A stretch of 64,000 nucleotides of DNA from Candidatus Latescibacterota bacterium. Its GTDB lineage: Bacteria; Latescibacterota; UBA2968. The notes beneath the pieces are model-generated. The model had not been told where the DNA came from. It did not search any database and saw only the letters and a list, made by a program, of their open reading frames with translations. Position numbers and translations under genes: made by a program. The stretch spans positions 4,832,001 through 4,896,000 of the forward strand of contig OZ242311.1 in assembly GCA_965207885.1 (NCBI GenBank), in the 5' to 3' direction. Positions 19,601-28,015 of the stretch are shown piece after piece (the stretch's first letter is position 1; the number at the start of each line of letters is the position of its first letter).

Positions 19601-19921
19601 GTTGATCAGGTGTTGCTGGAGGCCGCCAAAGTGTTGTTCCACGCGCAGTGCGATCTGGTCGAGGCTGGCAGGGCGGATAAATGGGATGACGCAGAAGCGG
19701 GCGAGCAGGTATAAGAGGCATAGGGCGCACAAACTCTCCAAAACAATTTTGAGGATTGGGCGCAGGTAGAATAGCGATTCGAGGATGAGGAGGGCAATTC
19801 CCACGCTGAGGATAAATACCAGCGCGAGTCCTACGCCCGTTAGTGCCCGATTCGCCGCCAGCAGGGTGCGCAGTCTTGTGAGGCGGTGGGTGAGTTTTTG
19901 ATGTGCAGAGTGTGAGGTCAT
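16631..19921 (-). CDS. DUF4175-like membrane-anchored coiled-coil protein
   Basis: N-terminal TM helices, Ig-like middle region (D.PP.V, AFDDYGI, AYDNN), long Q/E-rich coiled coil, terminal Y...IRRYF. Confidence 0.8.
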   Translation of the reverse strand: MTSHSAHQKLTHRLTRLRTLLAANRALTGVGLALVFILSVGIALLILESLFYLRPILKIVLESLCALCLLYLLARFCVIPFIRPASLDQIALRVEQHFGGLQQHLINALQLWRQRDREKHATALVDAAIIQAERATQHLPYERLINRKPPIRAATAVVVLALVALLLHAGWPTALSGAAQRLANPQTPYTRPPDTYIILKPGNVEIIGGEPLTLTAQFAGIVPRTARLYVREKGVQTWASFVLPVKQTGTSHHFPNVTRSFDYRLSAHDAQTSTYTATVHPRPIVTRISHRDRFPPHTALPDRIDQQGGDVIVPIGTEISLTIEANKPLESASLVFDDATELPASVSSSLAQATLTVKKDGRYRIHLRDPYMIANKDPVTYRIVALPDQPPDVRLLRPGQDIDLTESMRVSLVAEAFDDYGISRLQLRYQKDDDTDHILPIITTPGREIETSYHWDLSNLDLLPGDQITYRIRAYDNNPRPSYGETATFTIRMPSLFEIHREADKTQRESIDEIETVQQRGRELDARLKELARDMLSKDKLDWQEKRELEKVRQTQEQLAEQIESTAEQLERALDRLQESGLLEDDTLQKLEELQTLLSQIRTPELEAVMKKLDEAIKSADANMVREALEQFQMEREKFRESIDRTLALLRRVQQQQTLDALNQKLEELAHAQDQITQNIEREPTEDLARRQTRIARDTEQLRTELQQASQKMDNPTDGELDQIANAIQNKQLTPRMDQVRQDLALGQRQSAGQNSDSLARDLQNLSQNLAQARQQFIQRQKEEIARELNRVLHDLLTLSQAQERTAQRANEAGSRDDTAPLALDQARAITGASRMAQRLMDASQKTFFMPPSAQAALGQALNKMDGAAEQLNAGNATQAAQLAREAMGEINRGAMMVQNALGQLASSESGTGFEEMMAKMAQLAQQQGSLNAQTENLFGQSGQGGQPSWQKLAAQQRAIRDALNALRGELARQQREMLGDLGKIASDMQETARELLQRQVAPQTLMRQRQILSRMLDAQQAMRSRGKSKKRQARTGVNLTYRGPGTLPADLGEADNPLRHLMRDALKEGYSPEYQALIRRYFENLIEDAKKTTDE

Positions 19922-19931
19922 GGAACAGTGG

Positions 19932-20594
19932 TCAGTGCGTTAGTGCCCAGACAATGACATTGGTGCCCATTTTGAGGGCTTCTTGTCTTTTTTCGGGCGG
20001 GTCGTTGTGTACGTCGGGGTCATCCCATCCATCGGCGATGTCGCTACTCGTGTTGTAAAAGACGATCAGGCGGTCTTCGTGAAATAGGCCCAGAGCCTGA
20101 GGAGGATCGCCGTCGTGTTCGTGGATTTTTGGCAAGCCGTTTGGAAATTGAAACGGCGTTTTGAAGAGGCCAAAAGAAGGGGGCAATTGGACGAGTTTTT
20201 TGTCGGGGAATGCGCGTTTGATTTCCCGACGAAAGGATTCGTCCAGGCCGTAGTCGTCGTTGGCAAAAAGAAATCCGCCGCGTTCGAGATAGAGGCGCAA
20301 GCGCCGCAGTTCCTCTTCGGAGAATCGGATGTTGCCATGTCCGGTGAGAAATAGAACGGGATAGGCAAAGAGGTGTTCGTCGGTAAGCGCGACCTGGGCT
20401 TCTTGCTCGGCGGTGCGGATGGGCGTGTGTTGTCTGATAAATGCGAGCAGGTTGGGTATTTCTGTTGGCCCATTGTACCAATCACCGCCGCCGTCGTATT
20501 TGATACGCGCTATGGTGAATGCGGCGGGCGGGTCTTGCAATTGCGCCAGGCTGGGCGCAGAGATTATCAGGAGTAGAAGGATGAAATGGCGCAT
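19932..20594 (-). CDS. DUF4159 domain protein
   Basis: YDGGGDWY, LTGHG, GGFLFANDDYG, GLPKIHEHD, ALKMGTN; signal peptide. Confidence 0.88.
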   Translation of the reverse strand: MRHFILLLLIISAPSLAQLQDPPAAFTIARIKYDGGGDWYNGPTEIPNLLAFIRQHTPIRTAEQEAQVALTDEHLFAYPVLFLTGHGNIRFSEEELRRLRLYLERGGFLFANDDYGLDESFRREIKRAFPDKKLVQLPPSFGLFKTPFQFPNGLPKIHEHDGDPPQALGLFHEDRLIVFYNTSSDIADGWDDPDVHNDPPEKRQEALKMGTNVIVWALTH

Positions 20595-20632
20595 GGTTTT
20601 TATGACGCGAAAAGGCGGTGTTCGGTTCCGTT

Positions 20633-20687
20633 GTAGGGGCGGTGCCTCCGTATAAAATCATTACGGAGCAGGCTCCTGTGCCCGCCC
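20633..20687. repeat. GTAG-family REP-like element with internal hairpin
   Basis: GTAGGGGCGGTGC...GTGCCCGCCC with an internal CTCCGTA/TACGGAG stem; related to 22216-22260. Confidence 0.6.
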
Positions 20688-20699
20688 GTCGGAGGTCTC

Positions 20700-21041
20700 T
20701 TATGTCTCACTTTTTACGTTGTCAATTTGCAGGATGGAAGGCTCCGTGCCAAAGGTGTAAGTGCAGTCGAAGTCAACTTCTGATAAACACCGCGTGTCAA
20801 TTGGAAATGCCGCGCATTGTTTGGGGCGGTTTTCGTAGATGCTACAGAGGGTATCCCCGGTGTCATTTTTGATGAGAAATGGACATTTGAACAGGAGTTC
20901 GCAGCAGTTGCCACATTGATTGCATTCGCCCTGTCGGTTTTTTTCTTGTTGCGCGACATAGGCTTTGCGAAATCGCAGCAGCACAAAGCGTCGTACTTTG
21001 CCTATGGCTTGTTCGCACATTTTGCCAAGGGTTCTGGGCAT
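20700..21041 (-). CDS. YkgJ-like cysteine-cluster (Zn/Fe-S) protein
   Basis: CNQCGNCC...CPFL...CSIYENRPKQC..FP. Confidence 0.8.
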   Translation of the reverse strand: MPRTLGKMCEQAIGKVRRFVLLRFRKAYVAQQEKNRQGECNQCGNCCELLFKCPFLIKNDTGDTLCSIYENRPKQCAAFPIDTRCLSEVDFDCTYTFGTEPSILQIDNVKSET

Positions 21042-21056
21042 GGAAAAGTCCTGTTC

Positions 21057-22199
21057 TTATTTTATTTGTCCGATTTCGCGCTCTGCGGCCTGTACGCCGC
21101 TTTTGGTGTCGTGAACGGCGATGGTGAGGTCGCAGTGCTGGGTTTCGCCGCCGTTGAGTGTGATGACGCGTCCGGCGTCGCGTTCAAAGCTTTTGGCGTT
21201 GGGATAGTTGGTGGCGGGTTCGAGGCCTACAACGTATCCATCTGGGGTTGCTGCAGTGTTTTTCCAGAGGGTAAAGTACGGCATTTGTTTGAGTGCGTAG
21301 TGGAGCGAAGATCCCAGATTGCCTTCGGCGTTTTTGAGCAGTACAGATGTGTTGCCTTCGCTGTTGCCAGCGAGTTCGTAAAAATAAACTTGTTCGATAT
21401 AACCCGGGGTGGGACCGAGGCATTGGTCGAATGTTTTGAAGCCTTCCTCTGCGCGTGGGTCGCGTGGGGAGACGGTTTTGTGCGACGTTACGATGGATGC
21501 GCCTTCTTCGAGGAGGGGCGCGCCGTAGTTGCAGTGGTAGAGCAGTTGCATTTCAGCGGGTTTGTCGTTGAGGTTGGTCACTTGATCGGCTATGGTGAAG
21601 TTGTTGCTGCCGAGTTCTGTCGATATGGTTGTGGTGAGGCGCAGCGCGGGACCAAACATCATGGTTTCATCGACGATGCCCAATACGGCGATGCGATGAG
21701 GTGGTGTCAGGCCGATTTGCACTTCAACATGGCGCGCGGGTATGTTGGCGATTTTGCCGTGCAGAGGGACAAAGACTTCGGCTTCGTTGCCGTTGTTGTC
21801 GATTACGATGTCGTTGCCGGGGGCACCATTGCTGTCGATGCCACAGCGTACGATCCATTCGTTAAAGCCTTTGAGCCATCCCAGGCCGCCCCGGTCGTTG
21901 AGTTCGATAAAGGCCGGGTTGACGAGGTCGCGCACGGGCGATTCCCAGCCGAGGGAGATACCGCGATACGTGCCTTTCCATATTCCCATGCCGCGCGTGG
22001 GAACGATGAATATAGAGAGTGCCCCGTTGTCGAGTTCTATGAGGTCAACCCCGTCTTGTACGCCGCCTTTGAGGGCGGTTTTTTGCACGCGCCAGGTATG
22101 TTTTGTGCCAAGTGGCAGGGTGGATCCATCGATGTTCCACGATTCTGTCCAGAGTGCGCGTTCGACATCGGTTAGGACAATGCGATACATGCCTTCCAT
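21057..22199 (-). CDS. Aldose 1-epimerase/DUF4432 family protein
   Basis: PTRGMGIW, LGWESPV, LHGKIAN, LLYHCNYG.P, GYVVGLEPATNYPN. Confidence 0.85.
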   Translation of the reverse strand: MEGMYRIVLTDVERALWTESWNIDGSTLPLGTKHTWRVQKTALKGGVQDGVDLIELDNGALSIFIVPTRGMGIWKGTYRGISLGWESPVRDLVNPAFIELNDRGGLGWLKGFNEWIVRCGIDSNGAPGNDIVIDNNGNEAEVFVPLHGKIANIPARHVEVQIGLTPPHRIAVLGIVDETMMFGPALRLTTTISTELGSNNFTIADQVTNLNDKPAEMQLLYHCNYGAPLLEEGASIVTSHKTVSPRDPRAEEGFKTFDQCLGPTPGYIEQVYFYELAGNSEGNTSVLLKNAEGNLGSSLHYALKQMPYFTLWKNTAATPDGYVVGLEPATNYPNAKSFERDAGRVITLNGGETQHCDLTIAVHDTKSGVQAAEREIGQIK

Positions 22200-22215
22200 G
22201 AAAATTTCCTTCTGT

Positions 22216-22260
22216 GTAGGAGCGGTGCCCCCGTGCCCGCCCGTCGTTGGGGCAGGCTCC
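22216..22260. repeat. GTAG-family REP-like element
   Basis: GTAGGAGCGGTGCCCCCGTGCCCGCCCGTCG...GGGGCAGGCTCC; shares blocks with 20633-20687. Confidence 0.6.
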
Positions 22261-22422
22261 TTTTGTTGTCTATGATTGTGAGAATATACGGGAAAATGTG
22301 CGAGGTGAAAAGCGCAACGTAGAGATGCCGCCGCATGATGATGCCGGGATGGTTGTCAAAATGGGTATAAGGACTTAATTTTATACTGATTTTACGCAAC
22401 TTCTACAGCATTGGCGATTGTA

Positions 22423-23805
22423 ATGAAAAAACAAACTTTTTTCTTTTGCGGTATTGGTGGCAGTGGCATGAGTGCCATTGCACAGGTGTTGTTGCATCAG
22501 GGTCATGCGGTGCGCGGGTCGGATCGCAGCTATGACCAGGGGCAGAATGCGGATTTGTACGCGCAATTGCAGGCACTTGGGGTGGTGTTGTTTCCGCAGG
22601 ATGGGTCGGGCGTGGACGCAGATGTGGATGTGCTGGTGGTGTCGAGTGCGGTCGAGCCGACGATTTTAGATGTACAGGCAGGGCTGGATCGCGGTATTGC
22701 TATTCGCAAGCGGGCAGAGGTGTTGGCGGACTTGTTCCATCGGGGGATGGGGATTGCCGTGGGGGGGACGAGTGGGAAATCAACAGTGACGGGGATGATT
22801 GGGCATATTTTGAGCAGGACAGGACGCGATCCCACGGTGATCAATGGGGGGATGATGCGCGATGCTGTGCAGCCTCCACGATTGGGCAATGCATTATGCG
22901 GTGATGCCGAGTTGGTGGTGATTGAGGCTGATGAGAGTGATGGTACGATTGCGCTGTACGAGCCGACGGTGTCGGTGTTGACGAATATTTCGCTGGATCA
23001 CAAGCCGATGACAGAATTGGAGTCGCTTTTTGGGGCATTCTGTGCGCGAGCAAGAGATGCGGTGGTGGTGAATCGTCTGTGCGCGCGGTCGATGGTGTTG
23101 ACGCAGGGTGTAAAACGGCGGGTGACTTTTGGGGTGGATTGCGAAGGGGCAGATGTGCATGCTGCCGATGTCGCGTTGTTGCCCGATGGTGTGCGGTGCG
23201 TTGTCAATGGGCAGGCTTGTCGGTTGCGCGTGCCGGGCCGACACAATGTTGCCAATGCAGTGGCGGCTATTGCCGCGTGTGAGGTGCTTGGGATAAGTGT
23301 GCGGGATGGGGCAGAAGCATTGGGTGATTTTCGGGGGATTGGCAGGCGGTTGGAGGTGGTGGGCAAGGCACAGGGGGTGACGGTGATCGATGATTTTGCA
23401 CATAATCCGGATAAAATTGCCGCGAGTTTGGCTACATTGAAGGCGCAGCCAGGGCGCGTGTTGTCGGTTTTTCAACCTCACGGGTTTGGTCCAACGCGAT
23501 TTTTGATGGATGGGCTGATTTCGGCATTTGTCAATGGAATGGATGGGGATGATCTGGTGATTATGTCGGAAATTTTTTATGCCGGTGGGACAGCGCAAAA
23601 GGATATTTCGTCGGGGGATTTGATCGCTCAGATCGCGCGTGCTGGACGGCGGGCTGAGTATATTGAAAGACGCGAGGATATTGTTGTGCGTTTGGCGGAG
23701 GAGGCGCGGGAGGGCGACCGGGTTGTGGTGATGGGCGCGCGGGATGATTCGTTGACGGATTTTGCAAGAGATATATTATTACAGATTGAGAGCAGGGTGC
23801 GATGA
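22423..23805 (+). CDS. Mur ligase, MurC/Mpl-like
   Basis: GIGGSGMSAIA, GTSGKST, EADESD, DDFAHNP, FQPH; lying next to an LD-carboxypeptidase suggests a peptidoglycan-recycling role. Confidence 0.88.
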   Translation: MKKQTFFFCGIGGSGMSAIAQVLLHQGHAVRGSDRSYDQGQNADLYAQLQALGVVLFPQDGSGVDADVDVLVVSSAVEPTILDVQAGLDRGIAIRKRAEVLADLFHRGMGIAVGGTSGKSTVTGMIGHILSRTGRDPTVINGGMMRDAVQPPRLGNALCGDAELVVIEADESDGTIALYEPTVSVLTNISLDHKPMTELESLFGAFCARARDAVVVNRLCARSMVLTQGVKRRVTFGVDCEGADVHAADVALLPDGVRCVVNGQACRLRVPGRHNVANAVAAIAACEVLGISVRDGAEALGDFRGIGRRLEVVGKAQGVTVIDDFAHNPDKIAASLATLKAQPGRVLSVFQPHGFGPTRFLMDGLISAFVNGMDGDDLVIMSEIFYAGGTAQKDISSGDLIAQIARAGRRAEYIERREDIVVRLAEEAREGDRVVVMGARDDSLTDFARDILLQIESRVR

Positions 23806-24692
23806 GCTTACCTCCTGAATTGCAACCGGGTGATACGGTGGGGGTGATTGCGCCGTCCGGATCTTTTGAACGCGAGCGGTTGGCCCCCGGGCTGACGTTT
23901 TTGCGCGCGAAGGGGTTTGATGTGCGCGAGGGGACGTCGCTTTACGCTCAGGAGCGGTATTTGGCGGGGACGGATCGGGCGCGTGCAGATGATGTGAATG
24001 CGATGTTTGCCGATGGGGATGTGAAGGGTATTTTTGTCGCGCGCGGTGGGTATGGGGCAGCTCGCATTTTAGAGTTTTTAGATTGGGCATCTATTGCCCA
24101 AAATCCAAAGATGCTGGTGGGGCTGAGCGATACGACGGCGTTGCAGTTGGCGATTTTTGCGCGAACGGGATTGGTGACGTTTTCCGGGTTTTTGCTCTGT
24201 TCGGATGCGACAGCAGAAGGTGTTGACCAGGAGACTGAGCAGGCATTATGGGAAGCGGTGTGTTCGCATCGGTTTGAGGGCGTTGGTTTAACGCCTCTGC
24301 GCGGTGGCGAGGTGAATGGTCCATTCATTGGGGGGTGTTTGTCGCTGGTGGCGTCGCTGGTGGGTACGCAGTTTTTTCCAGAACTCAATGGCGCAGTACT
24401 GGTGCTGGAGGATGTGAATGAGCCGCCGTATCGCGTAGATCGGATGCTGAATCAGTTGGCGATGGCCGGGGTGTTTGACCGCGTCGCAGGTGTGGTGTTT
24501 GGCGAGTTTGTGGATTGCGAACCCGAGCGCGAGTCAGAGGGCCGGGTCGAAGATGTGATCGATGATTTTGTTGCACGGGTGTCCTGTCCGGTTTTTTGTG
24601 GTTTGCCCTATGGACATGGCAAGGCGCGGCGGGTACTGCCGATTGGTCTGGGCGTCAGGATTGCACGAGATGTGTTGGAATTTGATCTATGA
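23802..24692 (+). CDS. ldcA: LD-carboxypeptidase (peptidase S66)
   Basis: VIAPS, YLAGTD..RA, RGGYG, GLSDTT, LEDVNE, YGHG. Confidence 0.9.
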   Translation: MSLPPELQPGDTVGVIAPSGSFERERLAPGLTFLRAKGFDVREGTSLYAQERYLAGTDRARADDVNAMFADGDVKGIFVARGGYGAARILEFLDWASIAQNPKMLVGLSDTTALQLAIFARTGLVTFSGFLLCSDATAEGVDQETEQALWEAVCSHRFEGVGLTPLRGGEVNGPFIGGCLSLVASLVGTQFFPELNGAVLVLEDVNEPPYRVDRMLNQLAMAGVFDRVAGVVFGEFVDCEPERESEGRVEDVIDDFVARVSCPVFCGLPYGHGKARRVLPIGLGVRIARDVLEFDL

Positions 24693-25489
24693 AAAAAATA
24701 CCTCTGATATTGATCATTGCCTTGACGATGTCATGCGCGGTGATAAATAAGCTAAATTTGTTGACGCCCGAGCAAGAGGTGGAGCTTGGCAGGCAAGCCT
24801 CGCGAGAGGTGGAGCGGTCCGTGCGATTGTACAGGGATCCACTGGTGCGCGCTTATATAGATAGTTTGGGTCAGGCTCTGGTGCGGGCGTCGAGACTGTC
24901 ACAGTTTCGATATTATTTTAAGGTGGTCGATGCACCCGAGGTGAATGCATTTGCTCTGCCAGGGGGATTTATATATGTGAATCTCGGGTTGATTAAAGCG
25001 GCTGAAACCGAGTCGGAGTTGGCCGGGGTGATCGGGCACGAGATTGGGCATGTGGAGATGCATCACGGGGCTAAGAAAATTTCACAGCAGTATGGTCTTG
25101 CTGTTGTGGTCGATGTGATATCCGGGAGCGGGGATCCATCGTTGAAGCGAAAGGTCATCGCCCAATTATTGGGATTTGGCGGAGGATTGGGCGTGTTAAG
25201 CTACGGACGAGAAGCAGAGCGCGAATCCGATAAGTTCGCGGTACATTGCATGGTAAATGCGGATGTTGATCCCGAGGGCATAGCGCGTTTTTTTGAGACG
25301 CTGTTGAAGTTGCACAAACGGGAACCCAAAGGGGTCGAGGCGTGGTTTTCGACCCATCCCCCAACGCAGTCGCGCATCGATTTTGTCCGATCTGAAATTG
25401 CCAAACTTCCGAATACTGCTGGTCTCAAAAAGACATCCGCGCGGTTCGAGCAAATTCGCGCTCGCATCGGCGGAGGTAAAGGCAGTTAG
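24689..25489 (+). CDS. M48 family metallopeptidase (lipoprotein)
   Basis: VNAFALPGG, GHEIGH, YGREAERESD, STHP; lipobox-like TMSC. Confidence 0.9.
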   Translation: MKKIPLILIIALTMSCAVINKLNLLTPEQEVELGRQASREVERSVRLYRDPLVRAYIDSLGQALVRASRLSQFRYYFKVVDAPEVNAFALPGGFIYVNLGLIKAAETESELAGVIGHEIGHVEMHHGAKKISQQYGLAVVVDVISGSGDPSLKRKVIAQLLGFGGGLGVLSYGREAERESDKFAVHCMVNADVDPEGIARFFETLLKLHKREPKGVEAWFSTHPPTQSRIDFVRSEIAKLPNTAGLKKTSARFEQIRARIGGGKGS

Positions 25490-25495
25490 TAGCCT

Positions 25496-26467
25496 TTGCG
25501 AATTTCACACTTCCTACTTCCTATGGTTCGTTTTCTCAAATGGTTTTTCCCGATTAGCCTGGCGGTTCTGATCGTTGTGGTCGCCAGTGCATACTGGTAT
25601 GTGACGCCGCAACGGTTAAAGGAGATTGTGCAGCCGCGTTTGTCGTCGGTTTTAGGCAGAGAGGTGATGTTCGACCGTATAGAGTGGGGGCTGTCTGATG
25701 GGGTGGTGATTTCGGATTTGCGGGTGGGAGATGGTGCCGATTCCCTTCTAATTGCGGAGCGGGCGCAGGTGGATGTGTCGCTGAGCGCGTGGTTGTTGGG
25801 GGATAAGTGGTGGGGTGAGTTGGCGATGGAAGATGCGGTTGTTTCGCCTGGAGGGCAGAGGCGCATTGAGTTTGTGTTCCGCCGTTTAGAGATGGATTTG
25901 TATCCTCAAAATGGGCGTTTATATCTCTCACAGATGAAAGGGCAGGTGAGCGAGGGGACGCTCACGGGTGATCTGGTGTGGGATAATAGCGCGTGGGATG
26001 GTTCTGTGTCGCTTGCAAATGCCCAGGCAGAACAGGTCGTGCGTTCGATTGGCTGGGATATTCCGCTTTACGGCGCGGTAGATATAGCGATTCAGATTTC
26101 AGATGCAGGCGTGAGTGGTACCGCAAGTATGGTCGAAGGGCGCATAGTGCAGTGGGATTTTTTGCAGCGGTTGTTGCGCCCGATGGCACAATGGGGTTTG
26201 ATAAATGCCGATGAGGTCCCACTCAAAGATGTGACGGTGGTTTTTCAGGTGCAAGGCGATGAGGTGATTCTCGATGGGACAAAGTTCACTGCTTCAGATA
26301 TAGCTTGTGTATTAAATGGTAAGAGTGCTCAGGATCAGTTGGATTATGTGCTGGATGTGGAGATGCCCATTCAATTTGCCGGGTTTCGTCTGGGCAGAGC
26401 CATTCCCATACGAGTAAAAATTACCGGCTCGGCAAACGCGCCAGAGGTGGCGGTAGAGATAAAATAG
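25496..26467 (+). CDS. AsmA-like protein
   Basis: Single N-terminal TM helix, beta-rich body, C-terminal IPIRVKITGSANAP; start uncertain. Confidence 0.65.
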   Translation: MRISHFLLPMVRFLKWFFPISLAVLIVVVASAYWYVTPQRLKEIVQPRLSSVLGREVMFDRIEWGLSDGVVISDLRVGDGADSLLIAERAQVDVSLSAWLLGDKWWGELAMEDAVVSPGGQRRIEFVFRRLEMDLYPQNGRLYLSQMKGQVSEGTLTGDLVWDNSAWDGSVSLANAQAEQVVRSIGWDIPLYGAVDIAIQISDAGVSGTASMVEGRIVQWDFLQRLLRPMAQWGLINADEVPLKDVTVVFQVQGDEVILDGTKFTASDIACVLNGKSAQDQLDYVLDVEMPIQFAGFRLGRAIPIRVKITGSANAPEVAVEIK

Positions 26468-26469
26468 GC

Positions 26470-26586
26470 TTAAAGAGCCAGCAACAAGATAATGATTATG
26501 CCGAGCACTATCAATCCGCCGAAAAAAACGATGCAAAAACCTCTGATAAAACCGCCTACAAATCCATTATTGTCATTGTTGTTCAT
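26470..26586 (-). CDS. Small membrane protein (38 aa)
   Basis: MNNNDNNGFVGGFIRGFCIVFFGGLIVLGIIIILLLAL; GAAGGGAG RBS upstream; below the ORF-track length cutoff. Confidence 0.55.
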   Translation of the reverse strand: MNNNDNNGFVGGFIRGFCIVFFGGLIVLGIIIILLLAL

Positions 26587-26625
26587 GTTACTCCCTTCAA
26601 CTGAGAAGGCGGATCCGCGCGGTTT

Positions 26626-27990
26626 TTAACTTAGCTGGAACCGAAACGCATATAGATCCGCGTCCTTGAGGGTGAAGCGTAACCGCACCGGCTGACCTGC
26701 CAGCAGACGCATATCTCCCCTGCTCTCCCAACGGACTGTACCGTCGATGGCATCACCGAATAGCTCAGGGCACTCGTCCAGTGTGAAGCCCGGCTGCGGA
26801 TGCCCTTCCGTATCCTGGATTTCAACGCGCACAAATCCCACCGCTGATGTCGAAAAGTTCAATCTCAGACTGTCGCCTGTAAAAATTAACGGACGGGTGA
26901 CGAATTCGCCGCCAGTGTAGCCTGCGTGGACCGACACGAACCCGTCGGTTCGGAGCGAGAATCGGCGAATATGGACAGTTGGCAGCCGCCAGTTTTCCAT
27001 ACCGTACAGCGAGAGTTCATCGGGCGATGTTTGCAGAATGCCCCGCTCCATGAACATCCCGCGCTCATGCCAGTTGCCCTCATCGAGCCCGGGACGGACA
27101 AAAGCCTCCATGAAGCGGTCAAAGTGGCGTCCATCGCGGCTGGACATAAACACGATGTCATTTACGCCTGAACCGTATTTCCAGCCCGGAATTGGCTCGC
27201 GTTCTGGCACGAAGCGTGACGGAAACATCAGATACACGGGCGCCCGTTCATAAGGTACGCAGGCATTGGTATAGAGATGTTCAAAGGGCGTCTCGCCGGT
27301 GTCGATGAGTTCAAGCGGTGTCCAATGGCGAAAGTCTTTGGAGGTCGTGCGGCGAATCCAGCGCACCCCGTTTATGAAGTTGCCCTTACCCGCCACGCCG
27401 CGCGTGTAGGCGACATATTCCTCCCGTTCCACGTCCCAAAAGGCGATATTGTGTGAATCAAAGGGTTGATCGGTCAGGATTGGCGCATCCTGCATCAGTC
27501 GCCAGCGGAGACCGTCAGGCGAAACCAACGCGAGTACATCGCCAGTGCGTACAATGGCTTTGTACCGTTCTTCGTCCAATGCGTCGGGGTTGCCATCGAG
27601 AAACGGCGACATGTTATTACCCGGTCCCGCCCAGACGAGGTTATTCTCTTTCGAATCTTGAAACGCAATCAGTCCGAGTCGTGGTTTTTCCCAGTGAACG
27701 CCGTCGGTGCTTTCAGCGTAGGCGATGAGCGGTTGACGCGTATCATGAATCGGCATCTCCTGGTCGCAGCGATACCACGCGCGGAACCGGTCGCCGTCTC
27801 GGAATGTTACCATATAGGAAACACCGCCCCGTTCCCACGGGTGTTCAGGGGAAATTACAACCTCACGACGCACAGGTTCATGCAAGTGCTGCGTGACACC
27901 CCGCGTTTCGGCAATCCAGAAATTGTCCACGAATAATTGGCGGTCTGTGCCGATGTGGATAGGTGAACTGTTGTTATCTTGTCGTTCCAT
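26626..27990 (-). CDS. Glycoside-hydrolase-like beta-propeller hypothetical protein
   Basis: RQLFVD, Asp-box-like S.DG..W repeats, R.DGFVS, C-terminal DADLYAFRF; probable start MERQ. Confidence 0.7.
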   Translation of the reverse strand: MERQDNNSSPIHIGTDRQLFVDNFWIAETRGVTQHLHEPVRREVVISPEHPWERGGVSYMVTFRDGDRFRAWYRCDQEMPIHDTRQPLIAYAESTDGVHWEKPRLGLIAFQDSKENNLVWAGPGNNMSPFLDGNPDALDEERYKAIVRTGDVLALVSPDGLRWRLMQDAPILTDQPFDSHNIAFWDVEREEYVAYTRGVAGKGNFINGVRWIRRTTSKDFRHWTPLELIDTGETPFEHLYTNACVPYERAPVYLMFPSRFVPEREPIPGWKYGSGVNDIVFMSSRDGRHFDRFMEAFVRPGLDEGNWHERGMFMERGILQTSPDELSLYGMENWRLPTVHIRRFSLRTDGFVSVHAGYTGGEFVTRPLIFTGDSLRLNFSTSAVGFVRVEIQDTEGHPQPGFTLDECPELFGDAIDGTVRWESRGDMRLLAGQPVRLRFTLKDADLYAFRFQLS

Positions 27991-28015
27991 TTTGGACTCT
28001 TTCGTCAACAAAAAA

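Noticed and set aside
20817-22175. 452-aa plus-strand ORF
   Set aside because: Antisense shadow of the DUF4432 and YkgJ-like genes; no motifs.
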